A stretch of 64,000 nucleotides of DNA from the human T2T-CHM13v2.0 reference genome, Homo sapiens. Where the stretch lies: the NCBI RefSeq assembly GCF_009914755.1, contig NC_060932.1; one strand, given 5' to 3'. A program made the position numbers and the translations under genes. This document shows, piece after piece, positions 16,913 through 29,959 of this stretch. The notes below the pieces were generated by a model. The model searched no databases. It was not told where the DNA came from and saw only the letters and a list, made by a program, of their open reading frames with translations. Numbering within the stretch: the stretch's first letter is position 1; each line of letters begins with the position of its first letter.

Positions 16913-17610
16913 TTTCCATAAAAGGTGATTATGACTTCTTTTGTTGGACACAGTTCCGTTCATGTGATTGACAAATTTAGCATAAAGCCAACATCTTCTG
17001 ATCATTTCTTATTTTCTTGAATGCTGTGTAATGGACTTAGCACAGCACAGTTCTAACTGAGTGCACTGGCATCTTTAGGACAGCAAAGTCAAATCCAGCT
17101 CAGGAAATGAAGGGCGATCATTCAGATGCAAATGTTCATCCCACTGTGGGGAGAGGCAGTGACATGCAAGGATATGACTCAACTCCTGTCAATATATTTT
17201 GAAAATATCACTAAGAAGATTCTTTATTTGGAAGTTTGCAGTGACAGTCGTTGCATATTCCTCCTTTCTGAGAGTTGGTTTTCATGAATGCTATGTTGAT
17301 CTGACCAAGGACTCTGTTCTTTAATGGATCTGACCACTGTGGAGAAAGGGAATGAAGGGAGGTAGGCATAGAACCCAAATCTTCTCCTTTCTCAGGTAGA
17401 GGCAAAGCAAAATAAATAAACAATTATCTGGGAAAATGAACTATTGTAAGAAGCCAAACTGGATTATTTAGATCCACACTCTTCTCTATTTCCTCCCTTT
17501 ATTAGATTTAAAGAGCAGTTTTACTCACCAAGCAAAACAAATGAACAAAAAAACCAAATAATTAAAAAAAACTGACATGACAATAAAACTTAGCAAAATT
17601 CACTTTAAAA

Positions 17611-18262
17611 TATAGTTGAATAATTCATAATCCTTTGGGAATATACGCAGTAATGTGATTGCTGGGTCAAATGGCATTTCTGGTTCTAAATCCTTGAGGA
17701 ACTGCCACACTGTCTTCCACAATGGTTGAACTAATTTACACCCCACCAACAGTGTAAAAGCATTCCTATTTCTCCATATCCTCTCCAGCATCTGTTGTTT
17801 CTTGAATTTTAATGATCGCCATTCTTGGAACCAATCCAAATGCCCATCAATGATAGATTGGATAAAGAAAATGTGGCACATATACACCATGGAATACTAT
17901 GCAGCCATAAAAAAGAGTGAGTTCATGTCCTTTGCAGGGACATGGATGAAGCTGGAAACCATAATTCTCCGCAAACTAACACAGGAACGGAAAACAAAAC
18001 ATCACATGATCTCACGTATAAGTGGGAGCTGAACAATGAGAACACATGGACCCAGGGAGGGGAACATCACACACTAGGGCCTGTCAGGGGGTGGGAGGCA
18101 AGGGGAGGGATAGCATTAAGAGAAATACCTAATGTAAATGATGGGTTGATGGGTGCACCAAACCACCATGGCATGTGTATACCTATGTAACAAACCTGCA
18201 CATTTTGCACATGTATCCCAGAACTTAAAGTATAATTTAAAAAAAAAAAAGAAAAACGAAAA
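17611..18262 (+). mobile_element. L1PA7/8-like insertion with 5' inversion (17611-17825 minus, 17826-18262 plus)
   Basis: ORFs 17600..17890(-) and 17802..18032(+) are adjacent parts of the ORF2 C-terminus in opposite orientations. Poly-A at about 18240. Confidence 0.93.
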
Positions 18263-18370
18263 CCCTATAGTTTAAGGCAATTGGAACTATGTACTAATGC
18301 TTTTTAACTTTGAACTCAGTTTGTAAAAGATGGATTCGCAAAAATTGTGTTCAAGTATACCTGGTATGTA

Positions 18371-19568
18371 TAGACATGTGTCAATTAAGGACAAAGATAC
18401 GTTCTGAGAAATGCATTGCTAGTCAATTTCATGGCTGTGTGAACATCATAGAGTGCATTTACACAAACCTAGATGGTCTAGCCTACTGCTGCTAGGCAAC
18501 AAACCCACCCCAGGCTGTGTGGTCTAGCCTATTGCTCCTAGGATTCACACCTATATAGCATGTTATACTGTGCTGAATCCTGTAGGCAGTTGGAACACAA
18601 TGGCAAGTATGTGTGTTTCTAACATATCTACACATAGAGAAATGCAGTAAAAATATGGTATAAAAGATACGAAGTTCTGCACCTGTACAGGGCAATTGGA
18701 TAAATGAAACTTGCAGGACTGGAAGTTGCTCTGGGTGAGTCAGTGAGTGAGCGGTGAGTGAATGTGAAACACTGTAGACTTTATAAACATTGCACACTTA
18801 AGCTACACTGAATGTATAAAAAATTTTATTTGTTCAATAATAAATTAGCCTTAGTTTACAGTACCTTTAATACTTTAGAAACCTTTTTAAACAACATTTT
18901 TACTCTTTTATAATAACACCTGGCTTAAACCATAAATTGTGTAGCTGTACAAAAATAATTTCTTTCTAAACAGCTTTATCCTATAAGCTATTTTAACTTT
19001 TTTTTTTTTTAATGTTTCTACTTCTTTAACTTTTTTGTTGATAACTAAGGCACAAACACACACATTAGCCTAGGCCTACACAGGGTCAGGCTCATCAATG
19101 CCACTGTCTTCCCCTCCATATCTTCTCCCACTGAAAGATCTTCAGAAACAATAACAGGCATGGAGCTGTCATCTCCTATGATAACATTGCCTTCTTCCAG
19201 AATACCTCCTAAAGGACATACCTGAGGCTGCTTTATGGTTGAATCTTTTTTTATAAATAGGAGGAGTACACACCAAAATAATGATTAAGAAGTATAATAT
19301 GGTAAATACATAAACCATTAACATTTATTATCAAGTATTAAATACTTACGTAACTGTATGTGCTATACTTTTAAATGACTGGCAGAGCAGTAGGCTTGTT
19401 TACACCAGCATCACCACAAATATGTGAGTAATGCAATTTCCTATTCCCTTAGAACAGCTATGAGGTCAATAGGTGATAGAATTTTTCAGCTCCATTATAA
19501 TCTTATGGGACCACCATCATACATATGGTCCTGTGTTGACTGAAACATTATTATGTAGTGCATGTCTA
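18371..19568 (+). mobile_element. Tigger3 (Golem; Tigger3b-size) TcMar DNA transposon, about 1.2 kb
   Basis: gatacgttctgagaaatgc...aacatcatagagtg...acacaaacctagatgg. Terminal inverted repeats TAGACATG/CATGTCTA flanked by TA target duplication. Confidence 0.9.
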
Positions 19569-19919
19569 TAACCAGAAAAGCTTTCCTTTCAGGCTACCTA
19601 CTGGCCCCTTCTCCACATGTTTGATTATGGCTTTGATCCTCACATTTGAGATATTCTGCCTCCATTTTTACTGAAATGCAAAATAAACAGCTCAGATTAT
19701 TCTATCTACCAGGTAAGACCGTTTGTGAAAAAAGCTGAAGACTTTTGAATCTGATAAACATCTTTACACTCTGAACTCTGAACGAGTAGGGACCATGTCT
19801 GCTTTTGTCCACATTATGTCACTACAGCCTAAAGCAACCTGGAACATTGAATATATTAAATAAATATTGAATATACTGAATAAATAGAATATGCTGAATA
19901 TTCATATATGAATAGATGA

Positions 19920-20350
19920 ATAACTATATAGATATAAATATTCATTATATAATTACATCTATAACATGTAATACATATTTATATATACATTATATAATAT
20001 ATAATTTATATTATGTTAATATATTACATAATATATTATATAATAGGCAAATATATAATATATATAATATATAATATAATAAATATATTATCATATTAAT
20101 ATAACATATATTATAAATATATATTTCCCAATTATATTATATGTAATACCATATATATTTGGCAATTATATAATATATAATATAAATATATGTATAATTA
20201 TATGTAATTTATATTATGTTAATATATTATATATTATATTAGTTGGCAAATATATTATATATTATATATTTTATATATCATAGAATTGGCAATATATAAT
20301 ATTAAATATATTTATATTATTATATAATATATAATTATATATATATATAT
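19920..20350. repeat. AT-rich low-complexity / degenerate minisatellite
   Basis: Almost pure A/T, with a recurring GGCAA-TATAT-like anchor near 20046, 20160, 20244 and 20287. Confidence 0.85.
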
Positions 20351-22595
20351 GGCACAGGCATAGTACAAAAGTGAGTGATTAACTCTTTTGGGGAAGTGGG
20401 TAATCAAGGTAGGAATACAGAAAAGATGACAATGAATCAGGGTTTTGAAAATGAGCAGAATCTGGGGTAAGGTCATTCCAGGATGGAAAATATCATGTTA
20501 AAAAGCATGAAGGTATGAACAATATGGAACTGAGAGCAGTTTTAATTTTTCATAAAGACAACATTTATTTTTCACCTTAACATTTATTTTTAATATGCCT
20601 TACTTAGGTTAAGAGAAAACAAAGATTTAAAAAGCCAAGTGTCCCTTTTATTATTATACTTTCTTTTCACATAACCTTTTCAGCCTAGATTCAGGTAACT
20701 TCCTGTCTCTCCCATTAAAGGAGAGGGGTCCTGCACATTACAACAGGCAAAAAAGGCTTTCAGGAAATAAAATGTTTTAATTTGATCTATTACATCTGTT
20801 CAATTTTCTTGAGTACCTTCGAGAGTGGGAAAAAGACAAAAGGAGAAAAAAATGGTATTTTAAACAAACAGACTATAATAACCTTAGTTAGGTTGGTAGT
20901 ACACTATTTATGCTTTTTCTCTAAACAGGTACAAAGGAGGTTCAAAAAGAAGAGGCTGGAGAGGCATGTAGCCGGTAGCATCCGACTCATCAATTTCTTC
21001 CTTTATTTTTCTGATCGCATAAATTGATCTGGCTTTCACAACCTACCCAAAATATAACATTGAATTACTATCTATACAAATGAAGTAAAAATTTATTGTT
21101 TGCTTTGGCAGTAGTGACCTGGATTAATATTATTAGTGAGACAATATATATTGTTTATGAAACATTTTGCTTTTCTCCCTTTCACTTTGAACTAGAGATG
21201 AAGCTTGATTTTGTTTTTTCTTTAAGTTTCTAACCTTTGATTTATTTTTTTTTAGCATATAGAAGTGATAATAAATATTTTGTGGATTACTATATTTTAA
21301 ACCGTGGTTACCTTGGGAAGATTTATTTAATCTCTGAAAAAGGAAAACCACCTAGTACATGTCTATGAGTGATTTAGACTAACTGACACTATTTAGTCTA
21401 TAAAATACCCCTGACAGGTGTAGTGGGCCAGAAGGGAGGTGAACACTGAAGCATACTCAGTGCAATGAGGAATGAACAATATTCCCTATGGCTACATTTG
21501 TGCACCATGGGAAGTCTGTTTGCTTTCTGGGCAATGTTCAAAAGGGATTGGTTTATCATGAACTGCACGAAATGTTGGTATGTATATTTTCCAGAAAAAA
21601 AAAAAGCTCACATTCATCAGAGATAATGAAGCCATAGGATTTGTGGCATTTTCTGATGTTACTTTCTTTTTTCTTAGTCTGCACAGTCTCTCTGAGAATC
21701 TCATCTACTTCCATGGCTTGAACTACTGCCTGTGTCCTGATCAAGCCAATATAGCCAAACCAGATCTCAATCTCAGCATCAGCTTTTGTTTTACATAACA
21801 CAACTAGCTACAAACGTGGATTTTCTACAGCAACCTAACTTTTCTTTTTCCAGGATTTTCACTGTGGTTATATCATCCATTTACATCATCTATTTATTAT
21901 CATACCCACTTATTATTATCATCTACTTACTGTATAGTGGAGAATATGTGATATAGTTAGGAATATGCCGGCAAAGCACAGTCACGCAATCTGAGCCCAG
22001 AACTGCTTTTCTAGACCGCTCTCATCTATAAGACCCATATCTGACTGCACAAAAACTCCTGATTTCCTTTGATCCATTCCTTCCATTCTATTCCAATTTT
22101 TGGACTTCGGCTTATTTTTATCTACTCCAGCCAGGCATCTTGGGTAACAGCAATGGTGCAGACAATTAAGAGGAAAATCCAAGGGCATTAAGAGAGAGGA
22201 CAAATTAATAGCATCTAAAACACAGCATTTTAACAAAGAATCGTAGGGAAAAAGTCAAACAGTAGAAGATACCTTTTTTCAGGAAAAAAAAAAAAAAACA
22301 CCACACACATAAACTTGAAAAACATGATATTCAGTGGGTGAGTAGAGGAAGAAGACTCAGCACAAAAGACAAGGAAGAACTTTTTGACGCTGCAAGAGAA
22401 AAACAAGAAGCAGTCAGGGTCATGGAAAAGAACAAAGAAGTTCGTGGCCTGCAAGAAATCCATAACCTGCCACATAGAATTTAAGTTGTTTTTCCTGTGT
22501 GGTAGAAGCAGAAATAAAACCTTGCAAGATTGGCAGTAATAAATGTATAAAAATGAAAGTCCCTGAGTGCATAAATGAAAGTTGTTCATGCTCAC

Positions 22596-22645
22596 GGTTT
22601 TTTGTTGAGAAGAGAGATACTGATGATTGCACTGAGATAGCACAT
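22596..22645 (-). CDS. MSR1: Putative alternative upstream MSR1 exon adding MCYLSAIISISLLNKKPS in frame to the canonical start
   Basis: ATG at 22645 lies exactly 50 nt before a donor AACC|gtgagc (GT at 22594-22595). Those 50 nt plus 4 nt of exon-2 UTR give 18 stop-free codons in frame. Consistent with my recollection of an N-terminally extended isoform. The exon's 5' limit is unknown. Confidence 0.65.
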
Positions 22646-23070
22646 CCAGGGGAGTTTTATTTATTTCTGGGTATTCCTCCTCATCTCCCCAACGTCTCAA
22701 CAGCAGAGTGAGCCAGGGTCCAGTTTCTGTTCTGTTTTCTCTCCTATTTTCACTCCCTTGGTGATCTCACTAGCCTCATTGCTTTAAATATAATCTAGAA
22801 GGCTGATGACTCTTAAGTCTTTATCTCTTGCCCATAGCTCGTCTCTCAACTACAAACCCATATATGCACTGCCTAACAACACCCCTGCTTAGAATTCTAA
22901 TATGGTGCAAACCTAGAGGTCTTCTTTTCCTCGCCTTTTCTCATCCACTACATCCAATCTCTCATCCAACCCTGTTGCTTTGTTTTCAAACGCTATGTAG
23001 AAACTGAGGGCTTCTTGTCACTTCCTTGCTAGCATCCTGTCCAAGCCCCATCATCCCTTTCACCGTGACA

Positions 23071-23351
23071 TTTCTTTTTTTTTTTTTTGAGACAAGGTCT
23101 TGCTCTCTTGCTCAGGCTGGAGTGCAGCCGTGTGATCACATCACTGCAACCTTGACCTCCTGGGTTCAAGTGATTCTTCCACCTCAGCCTCCTGAGTAGC
23201 TGGGTCTACGGGTGCATGCCACCATGCCCATCTAGAGATGCAGTCTTACTATGTTGCCCAGGCTGATCTCAAACTCTTTAGCCTCAAGCAATCTACCCAC
23301 CTCAGCCTCCCAAATTTTTGGCATTACACACATGAGCTATTGAGCATGGCC
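23071..23351 (-). mobile_element. AluJ (middle A-rich linker deleted)
   Basis: GAGACAAGGTCTTGCTC and GCCTCAAGCAATCTACC. TSD TCACC(G/T)TG. Confidence 0.9.
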
Positions 23352-23536
23352 TCACCTTGTTGATTTTAATAGCTCCCTGACTTTCACGCTTACATTCTTG
23401 AATTAATTCTCCACACACTTCCCAGAAGAATCCTCTTAAAAAGTAAGGCAGATTGAGTCACTCCCATGCTCAAAGCCCCTGAATGCCTTCTCGTCTCACT
23501 CAGGCCGTCATTAAAGTCTGACTCAAAAAAGCAGAC

Positions 23537-23882
<346 letters not shown>

Positions 23883-24934
23883 TCAACCTACAACCCCTTG
23901 GGGCTTTGTCTTCCCCACCCTGGCTTCATTTTCTTTCCCCCAAAAACATATATTCCTTATTTGTCTTGTCTATCATCTGTCTTCTCTCATCCAAGCCAGA
24001 TCCATGATGTGGACTTTTGATCTCTTTGGTTCAGGGATCAGAGAGTTCCTGAAGGTGCTCATTACATACATAATGCCGTATTTAAAATTACATAAATAAA
24101 TGAAAGGCAAGATATTTTTCAAGATGACTGGATTTTATATCTTAGGTTATGCCTCAAGAAAACTTTGTGGTTCACTAAAGTAGGGATTTTAAAAATTCTT
24201 CTGTTACATATTGGAAAATAAAATATTTCTCTCTGCACTGCACGTAACTAGCAAACTGAAACAAAAAATATTACCCTCAGTGAACCCACTTTGCTTCAAA
24301 AGCATTTATTATTAAAATTACCAGATTATTTCAGCTGCTTACTCTGGTTATAATCATTGTAATTTTTTAGTAACGTGAACATACATACTTGCATGAGCCT
24401 TCATTAGCAGGCAGTGAACAACTCACACTGTTCAAGTGTGCCTTTTAATATCAGTTCCACAGTTAGGACAAAAAGTAGCTTCACATAAAGTTACTCTTCC
24501 TATTAAATGTCAGTGTGCTGATAAACGATTGTAAAATCCTTGGAGTTTGTGTAATCTATTAAAAGCACGTGCTCATGAGAAGTGAAACACGTTTCTGTAA
24601 TATCAGCATTTTATCAAGTGGATGAAAAGTTTACAGGAAATTCATAATGAAAGAATTTCAAGGTTAATTTGTTGGGAACCATATACCTTACTTTTTTGTT
24701 TTTATTATAAAACATTTTAATAATATTATAGATATGTTAGGATGAAATTTCTGTCATCTCATCACCCTAATAAAGGAAAAAAACCCTTAATTTTTTAAAT
24801 GAAACTCGAGTCTTTGGATGTATGTATACCTGTAACATAGTTCATATCATCATGCACGTATCATTTGGTATTACGCGTTTTCCTTAAAATCACCTCATTA
24901 TTTTAATATTTCAAACGAATTTTTCAAACTTGAA

Positions 24935-25382
24935 ATTTTTTTTATTATTCTTTAGGTTCTGGGATACACGTGCAGAACGTGCAGGTTTGCTACATTGGTA
25001 TACATATGCCATGGTGGTTTGCTGCACCCATCAGCCCATCATCTAGGTTTTAAGTCCCACATGCATTAGGAGTTTGTCCTAATGCTATGCCTCCCCTTGC
25101 CTCCCACCTACTGACAGGCCCCGGTGTGTGATGCTCCCCTCCCTGTGTCCACGTGCTCTCACTGTTCAACTGTCACTTATGAGTGAGAACATGCAGTGTT
25201 TCTTTTTCTGTTCCTCTGTTAGTTTGCTGAGAATGATGGTTTCCAGCTTCATCCATGTCCCTGCAAAGGACATCAACTCATCTTTTTTATGGCTGCATAG
25301 TAGTCCATGGTGTATATATGCCACATTTTCTTTACCCAGTCTATCACTGAGGGACATTTGGGTTGGTTCCAAGTGTTTGCTA
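24935..25382 (-). mobile_element. L1PA8-10-like 3' end fragment
   Basis: ttctgggatacacgtgcagaacgtgcagg...catctaggttttaag...; ORF 25166..25402 includes [17 protein letters not shown]. Confidence 0.9.
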
Positions 25383-25394
25383 CCTAATAATTCA

Positions 25395-25438
<44 letters not shown>

Positions 25439-25484
25439 ACATATATATATGTGTTGAATTATTATGTAGCAAAGACTTGCTTAT

Positions 25485-27048
25485 ATATATAAAACCTTAT
25501 TTTACATATATTTCATATATACGCAAAACCTTATTTTACATATATTTCATATATACGCAAAACCTTATTTTACATATATTTCATATATACGTAAAACCTT
25601 ATTTTACATATATTTCATATATACGTAAAACCTTATTTTATATATATTTCATATATGTAAAATCTTATTTTATATATATTTAGATATAATCTTATTTTAT
25701 TTATATTTCAAATATATAAAATCTTATTTACATTTCATATATATATAAAATCTTATTTATATTTCATATATATATAAAATCTTATTTTATATATTTTTAT
25801 ATATATTTTATATATATAAAATCTTATTTTATATATATTTTATATATATTTTATATATATAAAATCATATTTTATATATATAAAATCTTATTTTATATAT
25901 ATTTTATATATTTTATATATATAAAATCTTATTTTATATATATTTTTATATATAAAAAATCATATTTTATATATATTTTATATATTTTATATATATGAAA
26001 TCTTATTTTATATATATTTTATATATATTTTATATATATATAAAATCTTATTTTATATATATTTGATATATATTTTTTATATATTTTATATATATATAAA
26101 ATCTTATTTTATATATATTTTATATATATATAAAATCTTATTTTATATATATTTTATATATATTTTATATATATATAAAATCTTACTTTATATTTTATAT
26201 ATATGAAATCTTACTTTATATATATTTTATATATATATAAAATCTTACTTTATATATATTTTATATATATAAAATCTTATTTTATATATATAAAATCTTA
26301 TTTTATATATATTTTATATATATATAAAATCTTATTTTATATATATTTTATATATATATAAAATCTTATTTTATATATATTTTATATATATATAAAATAA
26401 GATTTTATATATATTTTATATATATATAAAATAAGATTTTATATATATTTTATATATATATAAAATAAGATTTTATATATATTTTATATATATATAAAAT
26501 AAGATTTTATATATATTTTATATATATATAAAATAAGATTTTATATATATTTTATATATATATAAAATAAGATTTTATATATATTTTATATATATATAAA
26601 ATAAGATTTTATATATATATAAAATAAGATTTTATATATATATAAAATAAGATTTTATATATATATAAAATAAGATTTTATATATATATAAGATTTTATA
26701 TATATATAAAATAAGATTTTATATATATATAAAATATATATAAAATCTTATTTTATATATATTTTATATATATATAAAATCTTATTTTATATATATATAA
26801 AATCTTATTTTATATATATTTTATATATATATAAAATCTTATTTTATATATATTTTATATATATATAAAATCTTATTTTATATATATTTTATATATATAT
26901 AAAATCTTATTTTATATATATTTTATATATATATAAAATCTTATTTTATATATATTTTATATATATATAAAATCTTATTTTATATATATTTTATATATAT
27001 ATAAAATCTTATTTTATATATATTTTATATATATATAAAATCTTATTT
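25485..27048. repeat. AT-rich palindromic VNTR, 34-bp unit AAAATCTTATTTTATATATATTTTATATATATAT, about 1.56 kb
   Basis: Read directly. The 34-bp period holds in both the left units (AAAACCTTATTTTACATATATTTCATATATACGC) and the right units. Confidence 0.97.
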
Positions 27049-27177
27049 ATACAGCCATTTTTCTAAATAAAAAATACAGCCATTTTTCTAAAATATAATT
27101 TTTTCTTTTAAACTTTTTTTCCTTTTCCCAGGGGGCAATGCTTCACTGATATAAATAATGATGTTATAAATATTTCC

Positions 27178-27487
<310 letters not shown>

Positions 27488-27970
27488 TAAAATGTTTCTT
27501 TAGGATAATTCATCATATGTGAAACTAAAAAGTGAAAGGAAAACTATTTTGAACTTCTTGGGCTCTACTGTCTTAGTGATCTTTAAAAAGATAACATAAA
27601 TTTATAAATATTCCAGACTTATATGTGAATATGGCAGTTTCAAGCAAAATTCACTACCATTGAATAATAAAGCTTATTTTAGAATCATTTAGATTTTGAT
27701 AAGAGTTAAATAATACCTAAAAGTGGTTTTCATTTTTATTTTTTATTATTAATGTAAGAGAGAGATTTCACTGTAATTGTCTGTCATACATTGTTCTTCT
27801 TGGGTTATTATCTATTCATATTCACTGCTTATACATCCCCACAGGTTTCTTTTACCTAAGCATGTGAATCAGCTCTTTATGTTTAATACATATTTACCAT
27901 CTGTCTTTTCATACTTGACATGCATTCGTTTTCCTAAGATTTTTCCCTATTTAGTTTTTTTATCATATTC

Positions 27971-28282
<312 letters not shown>

Positions 28283-28529
28283 CATCATATTCTTAAGGCC
28301 AACTTTATCTTCAACATTTGGAATAAATAATAAGCTTGTGATCCTCCTTATTATATAAAATAATAACTTTGATTTTTGTAACAGCAGTTGAATGTGTATA
28401 TAAAATGAAAATTAAATTAAGATTATTTGTGAAACTAACAGCTTTATGCTTAAGGAACCCGTCTGTAAGACAGATTTTAGTAAGAAATGGAAATATTTAT
28501 ATTGTGCCTGATGTCACTGATATTCATCC

Positions 28530-28975
28530 TTGGTAGCAAAGAAGAAAGAGCATCAACTTTTGAATCTGAAATCTAGATTTGAGTATTGACTGTGACATCA
28601 TTTAGCTGTGTGATCTTAGGCAAATATTTTAACTTATTTGAATTGAACTTTCTTTAGATATGTAAAATATGATCACAATATAAATTTAAAGAATTATTGC
28701 GAGAATTAAAAATAATTTTTGTAAATTGCCTGGTACACAGAAAACCATCAATATATGAATCCCTGTTATTTTAAAATATCACTTTTTTTTTAAATATGAG
28801 CTTTTCTTATTTTGTTCTCACGGAATCTTCATGAGGTACAAGTAGTATTTTCTCCATTTTACAGGTTAGGGAACTGAAATGTGTAAGTAACTAGTCAAGT
28901 TACTCAACTAGGGAGCAGGGGAGCTGGAATTTGAACACAGGCAGTCTACTCCCAGAAGATTAGCTCTTACCCACT
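28530..28975. mobile_element. Two MIR fragments in opposite orientation (about 28530-28760 plus; about 28810-28975 minus)
   Basis: tagctgtgtgatcttaggcaaat...; ctccattttacaggttagggaactga...ggaatttgaacacaggcagtct. Confidence 0.75.
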
Positions 28976-29859
28976 GCATAAAACGGCTAATCACTGCATA
29001 AAACATCTGTAATCTCAGTTCTATGGTTTTTCTATAAGTATTTTTACCTGGTCAGTGCAAATGCCAACCTCCCATTATATGCTGTGTGAATCTTACTTAG
29101 TCTTCAAGATTAATCAGATTTCTAGCATCTCCATGAAGATTTATTTTTGATAGACTTTTTTCACATAGAAGTAATTTTGGCCTCGCCTATATTTTCATAG
29201 TAATTATCTATAGCATTTTCATACTACTTAAGGTGCTAGTAATTATCTATAGTACTTTCATACTACTTAAGGTGCTCAAATTACATTATGCCTATTTGGG
29301 GATATGTTTTAAATCATAAGATTCCGGAGCACAAAAAGAACTATATCTTATTTTTTGTATCCTTTCCCCACATCTAGTTCAATGAAGTGCATATAGTAGA
29401 TACCCAGCCAATATTTGCTATATAATCAAGGGAAGATAATAAAAGGCATTAGATTAAAGCCAAAAATGTTCCATGAAAAGTTATGAAAGGAGAATAGGTG
29501 AAATATGTCAAATTATACTTTGAATAAAACCAGTATTTTAAACAAAATATGCTTAATTATATGAAAAAACCCCATTGCTGGTTCAAACTACAAAGCATTT
29601 AGTGTATTTCATATGTACTTGTGAACATATATGTTTTTCACTCATGGAAAATTTAGCAGAAATCCCTATTTTTTGATTATCGAAAAAAACCAAACCAAAT
29701 TATTGCTGATACAATAAAGCATTCATCTCATCATACACACACAGACACACAAATATATATCACACACATGCATGCACACACACACACAGAGTACACACAT
29801 AACAATCAATAGAAACAATTCTGGAAAAAACATTAAAATAAGCCTTTTTTTTTCTTTAC

Positions 29860-29915
29860 CTTTCGTCCTAAAGAAAGCAGCACTGATTTATCCACTTCTC
29901 TCTCTTTACAATTGA
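29860..29915 (-). other. MSR1: MSR1 non-coding exon 1 (5' UTR); 5' boundary/TSS approximate
   Basis: ...GTGGATAAATCAGTGCTGCTTTCTTTAGGACGAAAG|gtaaag (GT at 29858-29859) joins AAGTATGGAG as in the recalled mRNA. TSS placed from its spacing to the promoter motifs. Confidence 0.88.
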
Positions 29916-29959
29916 AACCTAAAATCTTTATCTCATAGTATTTCAGCATCTGGTACATG

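Noticed and set aside
21424-21442. CTCF-like GGCCAGAAGGGAGGTG
   Set aside because: Mismatches at high-information core positions; not supportable without a PWM scan or ChIP data.
22230-22700. 156-aa minus-strand ORF in intron 1
   Set aside because: Non-ATG start, low-complexity Phe-rich tail from A-tracts, no recognisable domain. The plausible exon here uses a different frame and ends at the 22596 donor.
25477-27048. Regular repeat array as CRISPR-like or coding (ORF 25477..25683)
   Set aside because: No unique spacers, eukaryotic intron context, no cas genes. The ORF is simply translated VNTR.
27049-27092. 19-bp direct repeat ATACAGCCATTTTTCTAAA at the VNTR edge as the TSD of a mobile element
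   Set aside because: The copies are only 6 nt apart and do not bracket the array; a simple tandem duplication.
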